From assembly GCA_905182715.1 (NCBI GenBank), contig CAJJCP010000003.1, positions 67,580 through 131,579 of the forward strand: 64,000 nucleotides of DNA, read 5' to 3'. Made by a program: the position numbers and the translations under genes. Under the pieces are notes generated by a model. That model was given only the letters and a program-made list of their open reading frames with translations. It was not told the DNA's origin and did no database searches. Source of the stretch: an uncultured Candidatus Poseidoniales archaeon. GTDB taxonomy: Archaea > Thermoplasmatota > Poseidoniia > Poseidoniales > Poseidoniaceae. Shown here one piece after another: positions 19,462-28,811 of the stretch; position 1 is the stretch's first letter, and the number at the start of each line of letters is the position of its first letter.

Positions 19462-21063
19462 GTGATGGCTCAACGCAATGATGGCTCAGGACGCGCACCG
19501 GTTGCGATTGTCCGCCCAACCACTTCGGTGACAAGTGGGCCAGCTGTCACTCAAAAATTGGTCAACGCTTCCGTTGCGTTTGGCAATCTACTCAAAGGAA
19601 CATTTGGCCCCAACGGCCTTGACAAAATGATGTACAAAACCAGTGGCGAGACTGCAGTAACCAATGATGGTGCAAAAATAGTTGCCGAACTTTTGGTCAA
19701 ACATCCAGCGGCTAAGGCCTTTGTCCAACTCGCAGAATCACAAGAAAATGCTTGCGGCGATGGCGTGACTGGGTGCCTGATTCTTGCAAGTGAACTTATG
19801 CGTGAAGCCGGGCGGCTTTTGGAAAAAGGACTTCATCCATTGTTGGCTGTTAAAGGCTATCAAGCTGCACTTGAAACAACGCTCAAAGTATTGGAGCAAC
19901 GGGTTGAGCGCATATTGCCGACCGATATTGAACGACTCGTTTTGGTTGCTAAAACCTCAATGACGGGCACTGCTGCAGAATCTGGCAGCGAACATCTCGC
20001 CCGCTGCATTGTTGATGCAGCACAAACGGTTGCCGGTGAAAGTAACGGAGTGCTCCACGTTCGTACCGAGGACGTTCGAATGACAAAGCGGGGCGAAGGA
20101 ACTCTTTCTGACACTTCTCTTTTGCAGGGTTTGGTTTTAGAACGGCGATTTGAACTTGACCGGATGCCGCGACACCTCCCCGCTGGCAGAGTGGCCGTTC
20201 TGTCGTGCCCTATCGCTCTTGAACAAAGTTCTCGGGAAGCAGAAATCGAAATCTCAACTCCAGATGAATGGGTTGCCTTCATGGAAGCAGAGGAACGCCT
20301 TCTCGAAAAGAAGGCATTGCAAATTCTTGAAAGTGGAGCAACTATTGTCGTTTGTGCTGAAGAAATAGACCCACGTGCTCTTCATCGATTCGTCGATTCA
20401 GGATTATTTGTTCTCGGTGGTTTTGAACGAGCGGGTGCTGAAGATGTAGCCAAGGCATCAGGCGCACAACTCGTCGACCACATCGATGACTTGACAGCAT
20501 CGGCTCTGGGTACTTTTGAATCAATGAATGTCGAAATTTTCGAAGGCGAAGACGCCCGAAGAGAACGCATCCACCTCGATTTTGGCAAGAACTCTGGACT
20601 TGCTACCGTTGATGTCGGCGGTGGGGATGGAGTTGCAACAGAAGAAATCATACGAGGATTGTATGATGCATTATGTTCGGTAACAAGTGCCATGGAAACA
20701 GGCGAGGTTCTGTTGGGTGGAGGAAGTTTGCACATCGCTGCCAGTTTGGCGATCAAAGATGCTGCTGAACAACATGGCGGCCGAGAACGTTTGGCTATGG
20801 AGGCATTTGCCCGAGCACTTGAGGCCATTCCATCCGTCTTGATTTCAAATTCTGGTAACGACCAACTCGATTGTTTGCTTGAACTCCGAGCCCAACACCG
20901 TCAAGGCAATTCCAGTTTTGGCGTAGCTGAAACGGGTCTCTGCGAGCCCATTGAACAAGCATGGGCCAGCGCAGAAACCCTGGCACATGGATTGGAAGCG
21001 GCTTGTGATACGGCCTGCGGTCTCTTGCGAGTTGACCAAGTTATCTCGGCCCGTGGCGACTAA
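19462..21063 (+). CDS. ths: Thermosome subunit (group II chaperonin)
   Basis: 533-aa ORF with GPNGLDKMM, TNDGAKIV and VDVGGGDGVATEE-type blocks. Length and layout match CCT/thermosome. Confidence 0.95.
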   Translation: MMAQRNDGSGRAPVAIVRPTTSVTSGPAVTQKLVNASVAFGNLLKGTFGPNGLDKMMYKTSGETAVTNDGAKIVAELLVKHPAAKAFVQLAESQENACGDGVTGCLILASELMREAGRLLEKGLHPLLAVKGYQAALETTLKVLEQRVERILPTDIERLVLVAKTSMTGTAAESGSEHLARCIVDAAQTVAGESNGVLHVRTEDVRMTKRGEGTLSDTSLLQGLVLERRFELDRMPRHLPAGRVAVLSCPIALEQSSREAEIEISTPDEWVAFMEAEERLLEKKALQILESGATIVVCAEEIDPRALHRFVDSGLFVLGGFERAGAEDVAKASGAQLVDHIDDLTASALGTFESMNVEIFEGEDARRERIHLDFGKNSGLATVDVGGGDGVATEEIIRGLYDALCSVTSAMETGEVLLGGGSLHIAASLAIKDAAEQHGGRERLAMEAFARALEAIPSVLISNSGNDQLDCLLELRAQHRQGNSSFGVAETGLCEPIEQAWASAETLAHGLEAACDTACGLLRVDQVISARGD

Positions 21064-21140
21064 TCCGGCAGAATTTCCAATTTTCTGCTGCGCTATGTTC
21101 AATATCATCGGACCAATGCGTTCGATAACGGGAATCTTCG

Positions 21141-22784
21141 ATGAGCGCAACCTCAACCCCGCAACCACGTGCCTTACTCAGCGTTTATGACAAAACAGGG
21201 ATTGTAGAATTCGCAACCTCTTTGTCGCAACATGGCTTCCAACTCGTGTCGACCGGAGGAACCGCTCGCACTCTTCGTGCAGCAGGTCTCGACGTAATCG
21301 GCGTCTCTGAAGTAACCGGGCATCCTGAAATTTTTGATGGCCGCGTCAAATCTCTCCATCCTGCAATCCACGGACCGCTTCTCGCCCGTCTCGAATCCGA
21401 AGAAGATCTGAAAGGTTTGGCTGAACTCGGATATCCACCCATTCAAATTGTCGCTTGCAACCTTTACCCCTTCTCTGCAGCAGCAGCACAACAACCTCCT
21501 TTGGAAGACCCCGTTCTCCTCGAAATGATTGACATTGGCGGGCCAACGATGGTCCGAGCTTCAGCAAAAAACCACCGAAACGTGATTATCGCTTGTAATC
21601 CATCCCGCTACGATGAAATTGTATCTGCTCTCCATTCCTCCTCGGATGTTCAATCGGTTGGAATGGATTTACGCCGAAGTTTGGCGTTAGATGCATACGA
21701 ACATACTGCAGCGTACGATTCAGCTATTGCGGACGAACTCCATGCTCGTTGGATTGGGCGCCCTGAACTGAGTGATGTTACAGCCGAACAGACAGAACGC
21801 CTCCCCTCTACCCTCCTTGCGTCGGCCGTCAAAACACATGCATTACGGTATGGGGAAAACAGCCACCAAGCAGCAGCGTTGTATACCGACCCGCGTGAGT
21901 TTGGTAACCATTCTACGCTTGTAACCGCACATGTCGAGGGCGAAAAAGACATGTCGTACAATAATTATTCTGATGCAGATGCCACCCTCCGCCTCTGCCG
22001 TGCACTGTCGACCGATGAATGGCCCAACACCCCACACGTTTGTGTAATTGTCAAACACAACAACCCATGCGGGGCAGCTCTTGGTGCAACTCAAAAAGAA
22101 GCGTATGAGGCAGCATTAGCAAGTGACCCCGAATCAGCATTTGGGTCGATAATCTGTTTCAATGAACCACTTGAAGTGGACACAGCCAAAGCAATGGAGG
22201 CGCTCTTTATCGAAGTTTTGATGGCTCCAGCATACAATGAAGAAGCCAAAGCAATCGTCATGCAAAAGAAAAATCGCCGAATCCTCACCATCGAATCTCC
22301 GGAGAACCGTCTGGCGTCTCTTGAACGAATTCTCGTTCGCAAACCAATCGAAGGCGGTTGGCTCGTTCAAACTGAAGAAGCACCGGTTATCGACTGGGAA
22401 AAGGCAAAGGTTGTTACAAAAGTATCACCAAGTGAAGATGAAATAGCGAGTATGAAGTTTGCAGTTCGGATTTGCGAACAAGTAAAATCGAACGCCATCG
22501 TTATGGTCCAAGGGACTGCAACAGTCGGTATTGGCCCGGGCCAAACGAGTCGAGTAGAAGCAGTTCGAATCGCCGCACGCCGGGCTGGTGAGCGTGCAAA
22601 AGGCTGCGTTCTTGCTTCTGATGCTTTCTTCCCTTTCAAAGACGGCCTTGAGCAGGCGGCTGATGCTGGAGCAGCGTCAATTGTTCAACCAGGTGGTTCC
22701 ATTCGTGATCAAGAAGTCATCGATGCTGCCGATGAACGAGGTCTTTCGATGTTGTTTACGGGTCACCGCCTTTTCCGTCATTGA
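21141..22784 (+). CDS. purH: Bifunctional AICAR transformylase / IMP cyclohydrolase
   Basis: 547-aa ORF. The N-terminal MGS-like domain carries ALLSVYDKTG..STGGTA. The C-terminal AICARFT blocks are KHNNPCG and SDAFFPF. Confidence 0.95.
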   Translation: MSATSTPQPRALLSVYDKTGIVEFATSLSQHGFQLVSTGGTARTLRAAGLDVIGVSEVTGHPEIFDGRVKSLHPAIHGPLLARLESEEDLKGLAELGYPPIQIVACNLYPFSAAAAQQPPLEDPVLLEMIDIGGPTMVRASAKNHRNVIIACNPSRYDEIVSALHSSSDVQSVGMDLRRSLALDAYEHTAAYDSAIADELHARWIGRPELSDVTAEQTERLPSTLLASAVKTHALRYGENSHQAAALYTDPREFGNHSTLVTAHVEGEKDMSYNNYSDADATLRLCRALSTDEWPNTPHVCVIVKHNNPCGAALGATQKEAYEAALASDPESAFGSIICFNEPLEVDTAKAMEALFIEVLMAPAYNEEAKAIVMQKKNRRILTIESPENRLASLERILVRKPIEGGWLVQTEEAPVIDWEKAKVVTKVSPSEDEIASMKFAVRICEQVKSNAIVMVQGTATVGIGPGQTSRVEAVRIAARRAGERAKGCVLASDAFFPFKDGLEQAADAGAASIVQPGGSIRDQEVIDAADERGLSMLFTGHRLFRH

Positions 22785-22842
22785 ATGCTTATTTCGGAAA
22801 TATGCCCCGATTCTTTAAGTTGAGAACCGTGCCGCTTCAAGC

Positions 22843-23025
22843 ATGGGCCATCTCAAGGATATTGGAAAGTCATATCTCCAACATCTCATTGGAGCTTGGA
22901 GAATGGCTTTTTGGTTTGGATTTGGAAGCCTTCGTCTCATCATCCACGGTCTTCTTCCAAATTTTGATACAGAAGCAGGGCATTCAACGGTTCAAAAATA
23001 CGAAGGCCCATCTACTGAAGATTAA
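22843..23025 (+). CDS. Small hypothetical protein, DUF6356-like
   Basis: 60-aa ORF. SYLQHLIGAWRMAFWFGFGSLRLIIHGLLP resembles the E.Y..H...A..F......HA.LP pattern I recall for that family; this is unverified. The competing ORF 22781-23068 looks less protein-like. Confidence 0.4.
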   Translation: MGHLKDIGKSYLQHLIGAWRMAFWFGFGSLRLIIHGLLPNFDTEAGHSTVQKYEGPSTED

Positions 23026-23537
23026 GCAGTGGTGGGAACTTTCCATCCCACCCACCATACGCCAATAATGGCAACTACAGCAATAAGTGTCTGGCCGAAA
23101 CCAGGGTCGCCTGCTTTGGTAATAATCCAAATTGAACCTATTGAAGCGATGCAAATAATGCCGGCAATGACAACTTTAGAGTGGAATGGCAATGATTTCC
23201 CAGTTCGATAATATTCTAAAAGTCCGGCGCCAAACATTCTATTTGTGAGCAACCATTTGAACATCTTTTGACTTGAGCGAGCATAACAATAGGCTGAAAG
23301 CACCAACCAAGAGGTGGTTGGCCAGCCCGGTACGAATATGCCAATCACGGCAAAGACAACCCCAAGACTTCCGATAACAATCCATAATCCTCGAACAAAT
23401 GGATTACGTGATGGTTTGTGTTCACCAAGAACACGTTGAATAATTTCATCCTCGCTCAAAGAAAGGAATGGGTTTTGAGGACTCTCTCCACCTTCTTCAG
23501 GACTCTCCGAAGAATTTGATGCGACCATTTCAGCCAT
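23022..23537 (-). CDS. DUF454 (YbaN-like) inner-membrane protein
   Basis: 171-aa ORF. GLWIVIGSLGVVFAVIGIFVPGWPTTSWLVLSAYCYARSS is the characteristic YbaN block. Confidence 0.75.
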   Translation of the reverse strand: MAEMVASNSSESPEEGGESPQNPFLSLSEDEIIQRVLGEHKPSRNPFVRGLWIVIGSLGVVFAVIGIFVPGWPTTSWLVLSAYCYARSSQKMFKWLLTNRMFGAGLLEYYRTGKSLPFHSKVVIAGIICIASIGSIWIITKAGDPGFGQTLIAVVAIIGVWWVGWKVPTTA

Positions 23538-23573
23538 GCTCCTCGTTCAAGCGTACGGAGGGACCCCCAAAAA

Positions 23574-24251
23574 GTGATGGGCGCGCTTTTCCGAAGGGCT
23601 CAAGACATTTACACGATAGCGCATGATATGACCAACGGGATGGGCCCACTTCGAACGGGTTCCGTTTCCAACCCTATTCGTTGTGCTGTTCTGATTTCAG
23701 GTTCAGGCTCTGGCATGGAGGCCATGGCCATCCATCAACAAACACATCTTGACTGTGGCCATTGTACTGTACTGGTAATCTCAGATAATGCGGAGGCAAC
23801 TGGACTCACGAAAGCTGAACGACTTGGAATACCGGCGCATTGCATTGTATTGCCCGATGAGACAGATCGCACTCTTCGGCGCCATCTCCACGAACAGCAG
23901 ATACAATCTCTGCTCCAAGAGTATCAAATTGAATTGATACTTCTCAGTGGCTATATGCGCCTCGTATCAGCGAATTTCGTAGATCAATGGACGCCTCACA
24001 TCATCAACATACACCCTTCTCTTCTCCCTGCATTTCCAGGAGCACATGCGCACCGTGACGTGCTCGCTGCTGGCGTTGAAGTCTCAGGTTGTACGGTTCA
24101 CTATGTCGATGCAGGAATGGATTCTGGCGAAATTATCGGACAACGCCGTGTTCCAGTATTTGCCGAAGACGATGAAGCGTCTCTTGCTGAACGAGTGAAA
24201 ATCGAAGAGCATCAATTGTATCCTGAAGTAATTGATAGAATAGTTTCGTAA
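23574..24251 (+). CDS. purN: Phosphoribosylglycinamide formyltransferase
   Basis: 225-aa ORF with VLISGSGSG, LSGYMRL, INIHPSLLPAFPG and SGCTVHYVD.GMDSGEII. The true start may be the internal ATG at 23628. Confidence 0.9.
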   Translation: MMGALFRRAQDIYTIAHDMTNGMGPLRTGSVSNPIRCAVLISGSGSGMEAMAIHQQTHLDCGHCTVLVISDNAEATGLTKAERLGIPAHCIVLPDETDRTLRRHLHEQQIQSLLQEYQIELILLSGYMRLVSANFVDQWTPHIINIHPSLLPAFPGAHAHRDVLAAGVEVSGCTVHYVDAGMDSGEIIGQRRVPVFAEDDEASLAERVKIEEHQLYPEVIDRIVS

Positions 24252-24258
24252 TTCGAAT

Positions 24259-24750
24259 TTAATCCAAAGGTGTGTTGAAATTTTTCATTTGAGTGGCCAT
24301 TTCGCCAAGATTGAGCGAACGTAAATCAGAAAACAGGGAGGAGACTCTTCCATCAGAGGAATTCAGATCCCACTCTGCTGGGCAATGGGCAAGCAATGGT
24401 TGACGAACGCCTTTCTCATCCATTGGGACTCCGCCTCCACATGCTAACAAGAAAGCCATTCCGTCGTGCTCTAATTCAAAGGAGTCGCATGAAATCAGTT
24501 GAACAGCACCTTCGATTTTCTCGAATACCCATTCCAATATTTCAGACAAAGAGTTGCATGAAGAGGGGTCTGGCCACGTTTCCCCTTCAAACATAGATTG
24601 GCGCTCTGCCTTACCACAGAGGGTAATGATTCGTTCAACACCGCATTGAATGGCGAGTAAACGCAACCGCTCAACACCCCCTTTCATCATCGATTTATCT
24701 TGCCCCATCCGGCGACTCTTTCCGCCAGCAAGGAGTACTACAGTCACCAT
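24259..24750 (-). CDS. MobA-like nucleotidyltransferase (NTP_transf_3)
   Basis: 163-aa ORF whose N-terminus VVLLAGGKSRRMGQDKS is the MobA/GT-A nucleotide-binding signature. Confidence 0.7.
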   Translation of the reverse strand: MVTVVLLAGGKSRRMGQDKSMMKGGVERLRLLAIQCGVERIITLCGKAERQSMFEGETWPDPSSCNSLSEILEWVFEKIEGAVQLISCDSFELEHDGMAFLLACGGGVPMDEKGVRQPLLAHCPAEWDLNSSDGRVSSLFSDLRSLNLGEMATQMKNFNTPLD

Positions 24751-24759
24751 TTAGTCACC

Positions 24760-24999
24760 TCATGTGAGGTCTTCAAGCCCATCTAATGCCGACTCAAGTT
24801 CTGCTAAGAGGCCTCTTACACGGTCGAGTAATGCTTTGCGTTCTCGACTCGAACGTGCCTCAGGTAACCATTCCAGTAAACGGCGAACATCTTGTGCGTC
24901 TCGCGCAACTGTCCACTGGAGTACAGCCTCCAGCACCGGGTCATCCGTAGGCAGAAATCGTTCACTCATACACACATGGTGTCCGAGCAAGGGCTTCAA
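24760..24999 (-). CDS. Small hypothetical protein
   Basis: 79-aa helical ORF packed between two same-strand genes. No family recognised. Confidence 0.4.
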   Translation of the reverse strand: MKPLLGHHVCMSERFLPTDDPVLEAVLQWTVARDAQDVRRLLEWLPEARSSRERKALLDRVRGLLAELESALDGLEDLT

Positions 25000-25676
25000 T
25001 TCTCCTGTGAAAGAATACGGTTTCGAATCCTTTCAAACAGTTCTCCGCCAGCAGGGGCGGCCGTTACAAGACCTCGGATCTCTGTAACTCCTTCTTTTCT
25101 TAAAGAGAGAAACAATACTGCAACCTGATGCCAAAGTTTGCTCTGCCTAGCCATTGCGATTAACCACGCATCATCAGGAACCTCATGCCCTCCGCGAATT
25201 AATTCTTCACCGATTTCAAGTAAAGCGCCCAAAGGTTCTTGTTTTTTGAAAAGATGTATGAATGCCATCCACGGTGATTCGCCTAATTCTTCTTCTGACA
25301 TATTTGCAAGTAAAAGTCCAGTCAAAACAAGGTCTTCTTGCCCGTGCCGCTTCCAAAGCGCGGGAATCAGTTTTGCGACGCGGCGGGTATTTCCTTCACC
25401 ACTGGTGAGAATCCAAGATGCAATATCTCGCATTTCGGGGTTTGGGCAGCCACAATGAAATGCATATCCCACGGAGTGCGCTAACAAGTCGGTCGATGGC
25501 TTCGTCATCATACCAGGGACGCCAGAGTCGTAAGCGCCTTTGAGGAACTTCAACATCTTGCGATGCGATCGAAGCAGTTTTGGTTGCGGCTCACCAAGGT
25601 ACTGCGCTAATTTTTCATTCACTTCGACCACCATCGGAGGTCTTCTTTCGAACGGTATCAAAAATATCGCCGACAA
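24996..25676 (-). CDS. Hypothetical helical-repeat protein (tentatively AlkD/HEAT-like)
   Basis: 226-aa ORF, alpha-helical, with a W...RQSKLWHQVAVLFL block reminiscent of DNA-alkylation-repair (AlkD-like) repeats. The resemblance is weak. It overlaps the upstream gene by about 60 nt, so the start is uncertain. Confidence 0.45.
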   Translation of the reverse strand: MSAIFLIPFERRPPMVVEVNEKLAQYLGEPQPKLLRSHRKMLKFLKGAYDSGVPGMMTKPSTDLLAHSVGYAFHCGCPNPEMRDIASWILTSGEGNTRRVAKLIPALWKRHGQEDLVLTGLLLANMSEEELGESPWMAFIHLFKKQEPLGALLEIGEELIRGGHEVPDDAWLIAMARQSKLWHQVAVLFLSLRKEGVTEIRGLVTAAPAGGELFERIRNRILSQEN

Positions 25677-26151
25677 GTCCTACCGAATCGCGGAGAGTAT
25701 GGAGCATTTTATCGACAACGCTTGGGTCCTCGAATTTTTCTTTAACAATCTCACGGAGCAATGTCTCAATGCTTTGATGTTCATCGTCATCGATTTCAAA
25801 TACCGAGCGCAAATGAGCAAGAACCCGAAACTCATCACGTGAGAGCGACGCATTAACAATAGCGACTTCAAACACTTTCGTATATATTTCACGAGCCTTT
25901 TCCATTGAAACAAGTTCGCCTGGGTCAGTTTCTGTCTTATTCTGAATGGCTTTGTAAATGAGAGCAGGCTGCTCTTCAGTCAACTCTAACGCACTGGCGA
26001 GTTTGATTGTGAGGCGCTTCTCTTCTCTCGTGAGCCGTCCATCAGCGAGCATGACTTCGACAGTACTCCGAAATACATCCAAGTTCCGAGATGTTGAGGT
26101 CGTCACGCGTAATGGGAAGACGCCACTGTTCTTCAAACTCTTGTATGGCAA
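25615..26151 (-). CDS. TerB-like (tellurite-resistance/DjlA N-terminal type) domain protein
   Basis: 178-aa ORF with two helical hairpin units, MLADGRLTREEKRLTIKLASALELTEEQ and AIVNASLSRDEFRVLAHLRSVFEIDDDEHQ. Confidence 0.5.
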   Translation of the reverse strand: MPYKSLKNSGVFPLRVTTSTSRNLDVFRSTVEVMLADGRLTREEKRLTIKLASALELTEEQPALIYKAIQNKTETDPGELVSMEKAREIYTKVFEVAIVNASLSRDEFRVLAHLRSVFEIDDDEHQSIETLLREIVKEKFEDPSVVDKMLHTLRDSVGLVGDIFDTVRKKTSDGGRSE

Positions 26152-26297
26152 ATAAAGACATTAAGCCTGAAAACCGTAAGAGGATTCAAAAGGAGCCGAC
26201 AGGTCGGGTAACTATCCACCTCCCTTTCACGCAGTGTGAATTCATTCACTCTTGCAGCAAATGAGCGATTGGCTCCGGCCAATCATCTTGCAATGGG

Positions 26298-27566
26298 ATG
26301 TCGATAGAAGGAGAAATTAAAATGGCTCGAAAACCACACACAGGAGGGCGCTCAGGCGGCTCCAAGCAAGGCAAGGCAATGAAATATCAAATCCGTGCCG
26401 ATATTAAAGTAAATGGAACAGTCCAACGAAAAGACATCATTGGCGCGATCATGGGGCAAACAGAAGGTTTGCTCGGAGACGAACTGGAATTGCGTAAATT
26501 ACAACGCACAGCTCGAATCGGACACGTTGATGTAGAAATCGAATCGAAAGGCGGAAAAGTGCACGGACTCATCTTGATTCCAAGCAGTTTGGACAACGTT
26601 GAAACAGCAATTATCGCTTCAGCGCTTGAAACAATTGACCGAATTGGACCATGCAGTTCAATCATCACAGTTGTAGAAATCCAAGACATCCGTGCATCGA
26701 AGCGTACAGCAGTCGTTGACCGTGCAAAAGAACTGTTGCTCAGCCTTGTCAATTCTGGCGAAGCAGCATCGAAAACCATCATCGAAGAAGTTCGTTCAGT
26801 GATGACCACTGGAACAGCAACTGTATTCCACGGGCTCACCTGCGGGCCGAACATTGAATCCTCTTCATCGCTCATTATCGTTGAAGGCCGAAACGATGTC
26901 CGCAATCTTTTGAATTGTGGCGTCAAGAACGCTATCAGTGCCGATGGCGCTGGAACAATGAAACAGGAACTTATCGATCTTGCCAATGGCAAGGAAACCG
27001 TCATTCTTGCAATTGATGGTGACCGAGGCGGCGAAATGTTGTTCAGTCAATTAATGGATACTTTGAAAGTCGATTTCGTTGCTCAAGCACCCGTTGGCCA
27101 AGAATGGGAACTACTTCCTCAAAAGACCGTTACAAAGTGCCTTTCGATGAAGGTGGAAGCAAAGAAATTCGCTCACACTCTCGGCAAGAAGCATGCTGAA
27201 GACGATGAAAAAGCAGGCGTTCAAGACAAAAACTGGTCTGAAGGAATGGAAGAAGTTTACGAAGCTCCTGAAGCACCAGCCGAAGTCCAAGAAATGTTCG
27301 ACCACCTGGACAATCTTGACAAGAACAAGGCTGTTTTCATTATGGTTGATGGAACAGTTTCGGAACCTGTTGGACCTGCAACGCTCTCGAAAGCAGCAGG
27401 TAGTGCAGACGGCGCAGTTGCCATTGTATTCAATGGTCCACTGAGCGACCGAACTCTTGAGATCGCATCTGAATCAGCTATTGCAACTGTAATTGGAACA
27501 AAAGCAGGTAAAGGATACGCAGAACGTGAAGATGTTCAATCTTGGTTGGCTGAACTCCACCGTTGA
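26298..27566 (+). CDS. dnaG: Archaeal DnaG-type primase / exosome-associated TOPRIM protein
   Basis: 422-aa ORF with TOPRIM motifs IIVEGRNDVRNL and AIDGDRGGEML. The conserved N-terminal beta domain is also present. The start may be ATG 26322 (MARKPH). Confidence 0.9.
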   Translation: MSIEGEIKMARKPHTGGRSGGSKQGKAMKYQIRADIKVNGTVQRKDIIGAIMGQTEGLLGDELELRKLQRTARIGHVDVEIESKGGKVHGLILIPSSLDNVETAIIASALETIDRIGPCSSIITVVEIQDIRASKRTAVVDRAKELLLSLVNSGEAASKTIIEEVRSVMTTGTATVFHGLTCGPNIESSSSLIIVEGRNDVRNLLNCGVKNAISADGAGTMKQELIDLANGKETVILAIDGDRGGEMLFSQLMDTLKVDFVAQAPVGQEWELLPQKTVTKCLSMKVEAKKFAHTLGKKHAEDDEKAGVQDKNWSEGMEEVYEAPEAPAEVQEMFDHLDNLDKNKAVFIMVDGTVSEPVGPATLSKAAGSADGAVAIVFNGPLSDRTLEIASESAIATVIGTKAGKGYAEREDVQSWLAELHR

Positions 27567-27608
27567 TGACGACTACCTTCATCTAATGGTCCAACTCTCG
27601 TCTCTCTT

Positions 27609-28811
27609 ATGGGCGAAGGTGAATCTACCGAGTGGCCAGACGACGACACAGACCCCTTTGGCGATGTGGAGTTAGAAAAAACCACATCGTTAGAAAAGAC
27701 ACCTGAAGATGAAAATAAAGCAGAACCCGAAGAACCCGAAGAACTCAAAGAATCCGAAGAAGTTGAAAATTCTGAAGAAGCATTGGAAGAGCGTTCCGAA
27801 ACGGCAGACATACCCGATGAATGGGGCTTGCCAATTCGAGCAGCACCGCTTCTCCAACAATTCCATAATGAAAAGGTAACTGAATTCCCTCTTCAGCAAT
27901 CGGATGATGGGCGAAAAGCTACATCTCTTGTGATTGACGACGACTTGCTTCGAATTATTGAATCAAGGCTCGATGATGATGGGCAACGCAGATTGAAAGT
28001 CTCTCTTTCAATGAAAAGAGAAATTACTGGTTTCAAACACCAACACAATGAATTGATGCATAATCATCAGTTTCTTTGGCTGGGCTTGTTTATTTCCGGA
28101 ATCGTATTTTTGGTATTGCCCCCAACCATATTCAATTTCATAGGGGTGATTTTAGTCGCCCTAGGTATACGCTACGGGACTCTTATGCATCTTGAAACAC
28201 ACCACCTTGAGTTTTCCAATTCAGGCGGAGTCCACGTGCACACCTTGCATGGTTACGGTACGAACCGCCCCTTTTTCCGAGCGAGTATGGCTTTACTTGG
28301 TTCAGAAATGGCCGGCCTATTGAGAAATGGAAACCTCGAAACTGAAACACTCAACCAACTTCATGCTTCTCTTGCAGCACCGGCGCCAGCGCCAGCACCG
28401 GTGCCAATTCCAATGCCGGTTCAAACACCTCAGGCACCGATTGAACCACAAACATTGGTCACACCCCTCTCGATACCACCTCCTCCAATGCAAATACCAG
28501 AACCGCCACAAGCGGTTCCCGTTGAAGCAGCACCAATGGCAGGGCCGCCCGTGGTGTTAGCCCCACCGCTCCCAGTACCTTTGGCGCCCCCAGTAGCGCC
28601 GCTTCCAAAGCCGCTACCTCCTCCGGCTCCTCTCCCTGCATTAGGTGCCGCTACAGCAATGCCTCTACCGGCACCGTTTGGTTTACCTGGCGCCCCTATG
28701 CCGCTTGATGCTCCTCTTCCCAACGCACCAGAAATTGCAGTCGTTGCTTCACCAGTCGAGGAGACATTGAGTGAAAAAGAGCAGAGTGAACTTTTGAATC
28801 AACTCTCATGA
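27609..28811 (+). CDS. Hypothetical membrane protein: acidic N-terminus, TM hairpin, ~125-aa proline-rich C-terminus
   Basis: 400-aa ORF. The TM hairpin is FLWLGLFISGIVFLVLPP..FIGVILVALGI. The tail runs AAPAPAPAPVPIPMPVQTPQAP...PLPPPAPLPALG. Confidence 0.6.
   Translation: MGEGESTEWPDDDTDPFGDVELEKTTSLEKTPEDENKAEPEEPEELKESEEVENSEEALEERSETADIPDEWGLPIRAAPLLQQFHNEKVTEFPLQQSDDGRKATSLVIDDDLLRIIESRLDDDGQRRLKVSLSMKREITGFKHQHNELMHNHQFLWLGLFISGIVFLVLPPTIFNFIGVILVALGIRYGTLMHLETHHLEFSNSGGVHVHTLHGYGTNRPFFRASMALLGSEMAGLLRNGNLETETLNQLHASLAAPAPAPAPVPIPMPVQTPQAPIEPQTLVTPLSIPPPPMQIPEPPQAVPVEAAPMAGPPVVLAPPLPVPLAPPVAPLPKPLPPPAPLPALGAATAMPLPAPFGLPGAPMPLDAPLPNAPEIAVVASPVEETLSEKEQSELLNQLS

Noticed and set aside
19860-20828. 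Antisense ORFs inside the thermosome gene (19860-20282, 20382-20828), and similar ones inside dnaG (26387-27004), purH (21174-21961) and the wHTH regulator (6201-6596)
   Set aside because: They lie opposite strongly supported conserved genes. Their Arg/Ser/Pro-rich composition is typical of antisense frames.
22781-23068. 95-aa ORF overlapping the purH stop (ATGA)
   Set aside because: Its composition is less protein-like than that of the 60-aa ORF 22843-23025 in another frame, which matches a remembered small-protein family. Both calls remain low confidence.
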